Positions 62,056-64,000 of a stretch of 64,000 nucleotides of DNA are shown one piece after another (position 1 is the first letter of the stretch; each line of letters starts with the position of its first letter). The translations under genes were made by a program, and so were the position numbers. Source of the DNA: Phoronis australis. Its lineage: Eukaryota > Animalia > Phoronida. The notes under the pieces are model-generated. The model was given only the letters and a program-made list of their open reading frames with translations. It was not told where the DNA came from and made no database searches. The DNA lies in assembly GCA_002633005.1 (NCBI GenBank), contig NMRA01000989.1, forward strand, positions 1-64,000, given 5' to 3'.

Positions 62056-63712
62056 AGGAGAATGCCACCCAAAAAACAACCTATTTTGCATCAATATAGA
62101 TCGAGTAGTTATACTCCATAACGACACGTACGGTTGCGTTACCTGACACCTGACGGCAGACGGAGGTGTTGAAATTAGCCAATGACGTAATTGGTTTCAC
62201 ACGCAGTCTGTTCAGCAGTTCACAACACGGGTTACTGGTGTCAGTTTATCGCTTGAATTCATCGTTTAATACCAATAAATCATCAAACTTCGATGTAAAA
62301 CCCTTAAAAATACACCAAGTTCTTATAAAAATGTGTTGTTTTATTTCGTGTTACGGATTTATTGGTATTTGGTCACACCGTAGCCTGTTCAGCAGGCCAA
62401 TAAGGTCCGTAGCAGGAGTTTGGGGTCTGTTCGGAGATAAATTCAAAGTACTTTCCGTGAGATACTGACAGGAGAACCTAAATCTGTGTTGTTTAGACTT
62501 GTGATTTTTTTAGTTCTAATCACAGCCAGTGGCTCGGAGCCCAATCAGGCTCGTCGCGGCCGGCCGGATTGACAACGGTTATCCAGGCCAGTGGCTCGGA
62601 AACTGATCAGTCATCACAAACATAAACCAGCCAAAGTTTAGTGGAAACTAAACTTCCAGTCAAGAAAATACTATACTAGTGAGCCAAAGTAATGTACACA
62701 TGATTATGTTGGTGAATTAGCCACGATACTGCAAATTTACTTACTCGTCGGGGGTCGCGAATTCGGGTTCTGCTTTGGCCACAGCACCGTCAAGGCAGAA
62801 GTTGAATATTGACAATCATAAATTGAATAATGTAAATGTAAATAAATAGTCCCCTAACACCTGGCCGTGTAATGGAAATTGAGTTGTTTCACAACAGTTT
62901 CTGCCAGCAAACACTAAATTAGCATGAGCTCACACGGCCTCAGTGTCCCGTCAATTAGTTTTATTGCACCTCAGTAAAGTCGGTAACGCAGTGATTTATT
63001 CATTGCTGGCTTCTCAAATCATTTGCACTCACGAACACTCCAAAGGCATTACAAATTACATCTAATGAGACACTTTGTTTCAGTTTTACATAAGTATTGG
63101 TTAGAGTGAGAATAATTCATTTTGAAACAACGCTCAGTAGATAAACGTCATCATGGCAACTCACAATCCCGACTTAGACGAGCTAGAGCTCATCAGTCCC
63201 GACTTCGCAGGTGGATCGTTAAGTTTCACAGGCTATCAATTCGAACAGGAATACCGTGATGAAGAAATACTAGAGAGGCGCCGTGAACAAGCTCAGACAA
63301 CGGAATGTATGCATAGTTATTTGCGGGTAAGCCAGCGTTCGTCAGGCACTACGTCCGCAGGCCACAGACACGGAGATGTTTCACGGCCTCATACTTGCTA
63401 TTTACTGCATACTTTTCATTCTTCACTACTACGAACCACTTCCTAAGCATTTTGGACTCTCGAGGAAGTCAAGAAACAATATACCCGCTTTCCTCGCAGC
63501 TGCATAGTTTGGACAAGCGGGAACGATGCACCACAACGTAGCGGCTTTCACTCTGCAGATGAACCACTGATGTCGCTAGTGTCGTTTCTCACCTTCCTCA
63601 CAGGTTAACGCGACACCTCTTGGCAAGGTAAGGTCGACCGTATGCCAGGCGATGTGGATATAGACCGATTAAGACGGCAAAAAAGTCTAATTAAATCTGG
63701 TGGCATTCTCCT
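62056..63712. mobile_element. Kolobok-like deletion derivative with convergent gene remnants (THAP on -, accessory KolX-like ORF start on +)
   Basis: TTAA flanks, perfect 14-bp TIR AGGAGAATGCCACC. Minus strand 63540-63350: WCIVPACPNY...GILFLDF...(fs)LRKWFVVVKNEKY...HLRVCG. Plus strand from 63153: MATHNPDLDELE...GYQFEQEYRDEEI. Confidence 0.8.
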
Positions 63713-64000
63713 TTAATGAACAAACACTTCCTCTCCAAAATCAGAAAAAAGTCAACAAATACAAGCAAACTAAATGCATGGATAACAAGTGGCATTCTGA
63801 TTAGTTAAAATACAACTTACCTCCACACCTAAACACAGTCACAACTTAAGTGCAATATGGAACAATTTTAAATTATACAGCAAATTAATGAAAACCACAA
63901 TAACATCTGCAAAATAGATATATTCGCCAAATTTAAAAATGACAAGGTGGACCATTAAATCTGTTCTTCGTGACTCCGATATTAAAGCACATTCCAAATT

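Noticed and set aside
63821-63828. Possible 8-nt micro-exon on the minus strand (tttag|GTGTGGAG|gtaagt)
   Set aside because: No neighbouring exons to attach it to; such a match can arise by chance.

Overview
AT-rich metazoan (probably marine invertebrate) genomic DNA with three assembly gaps. I reconstructed two spliced protein-coding genes by hand. (1) A complete 11-exon coatomer delta-COP gene (ARCN1) on + at 15727-29507, 520 aa. Its promoter has UPRE/CREB3-type and YY1-type motifs and appears to be shared with a divergent minus-strand transcript. (2) A highly divergent annexin-like gene on - at 50544-44008, 293 aa from six intact exons. It starts MGCxxS, has no GxGT calcium loops, and has an apparently decayed repeat-1 exon. 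The rest is mobile DNA and minisatellite: two Tc2-like MITE copies, hAT-like elements with unusual 5-bp and 6-bp target duplications (one with a transposase remnant), two Kolobok-like derivatives with THAP remnants, Harbinger-like MITEs, a 5'-truncated LINE and tRNA-derived sequences. Two independent hammerhead-ribozyme cores are present. One lies in a compact unit of tRNA-type Pol III promoter, hammerhead and T5 terminator (56275-56047). All coordinates and family calls come from manual reading; no searches were run.
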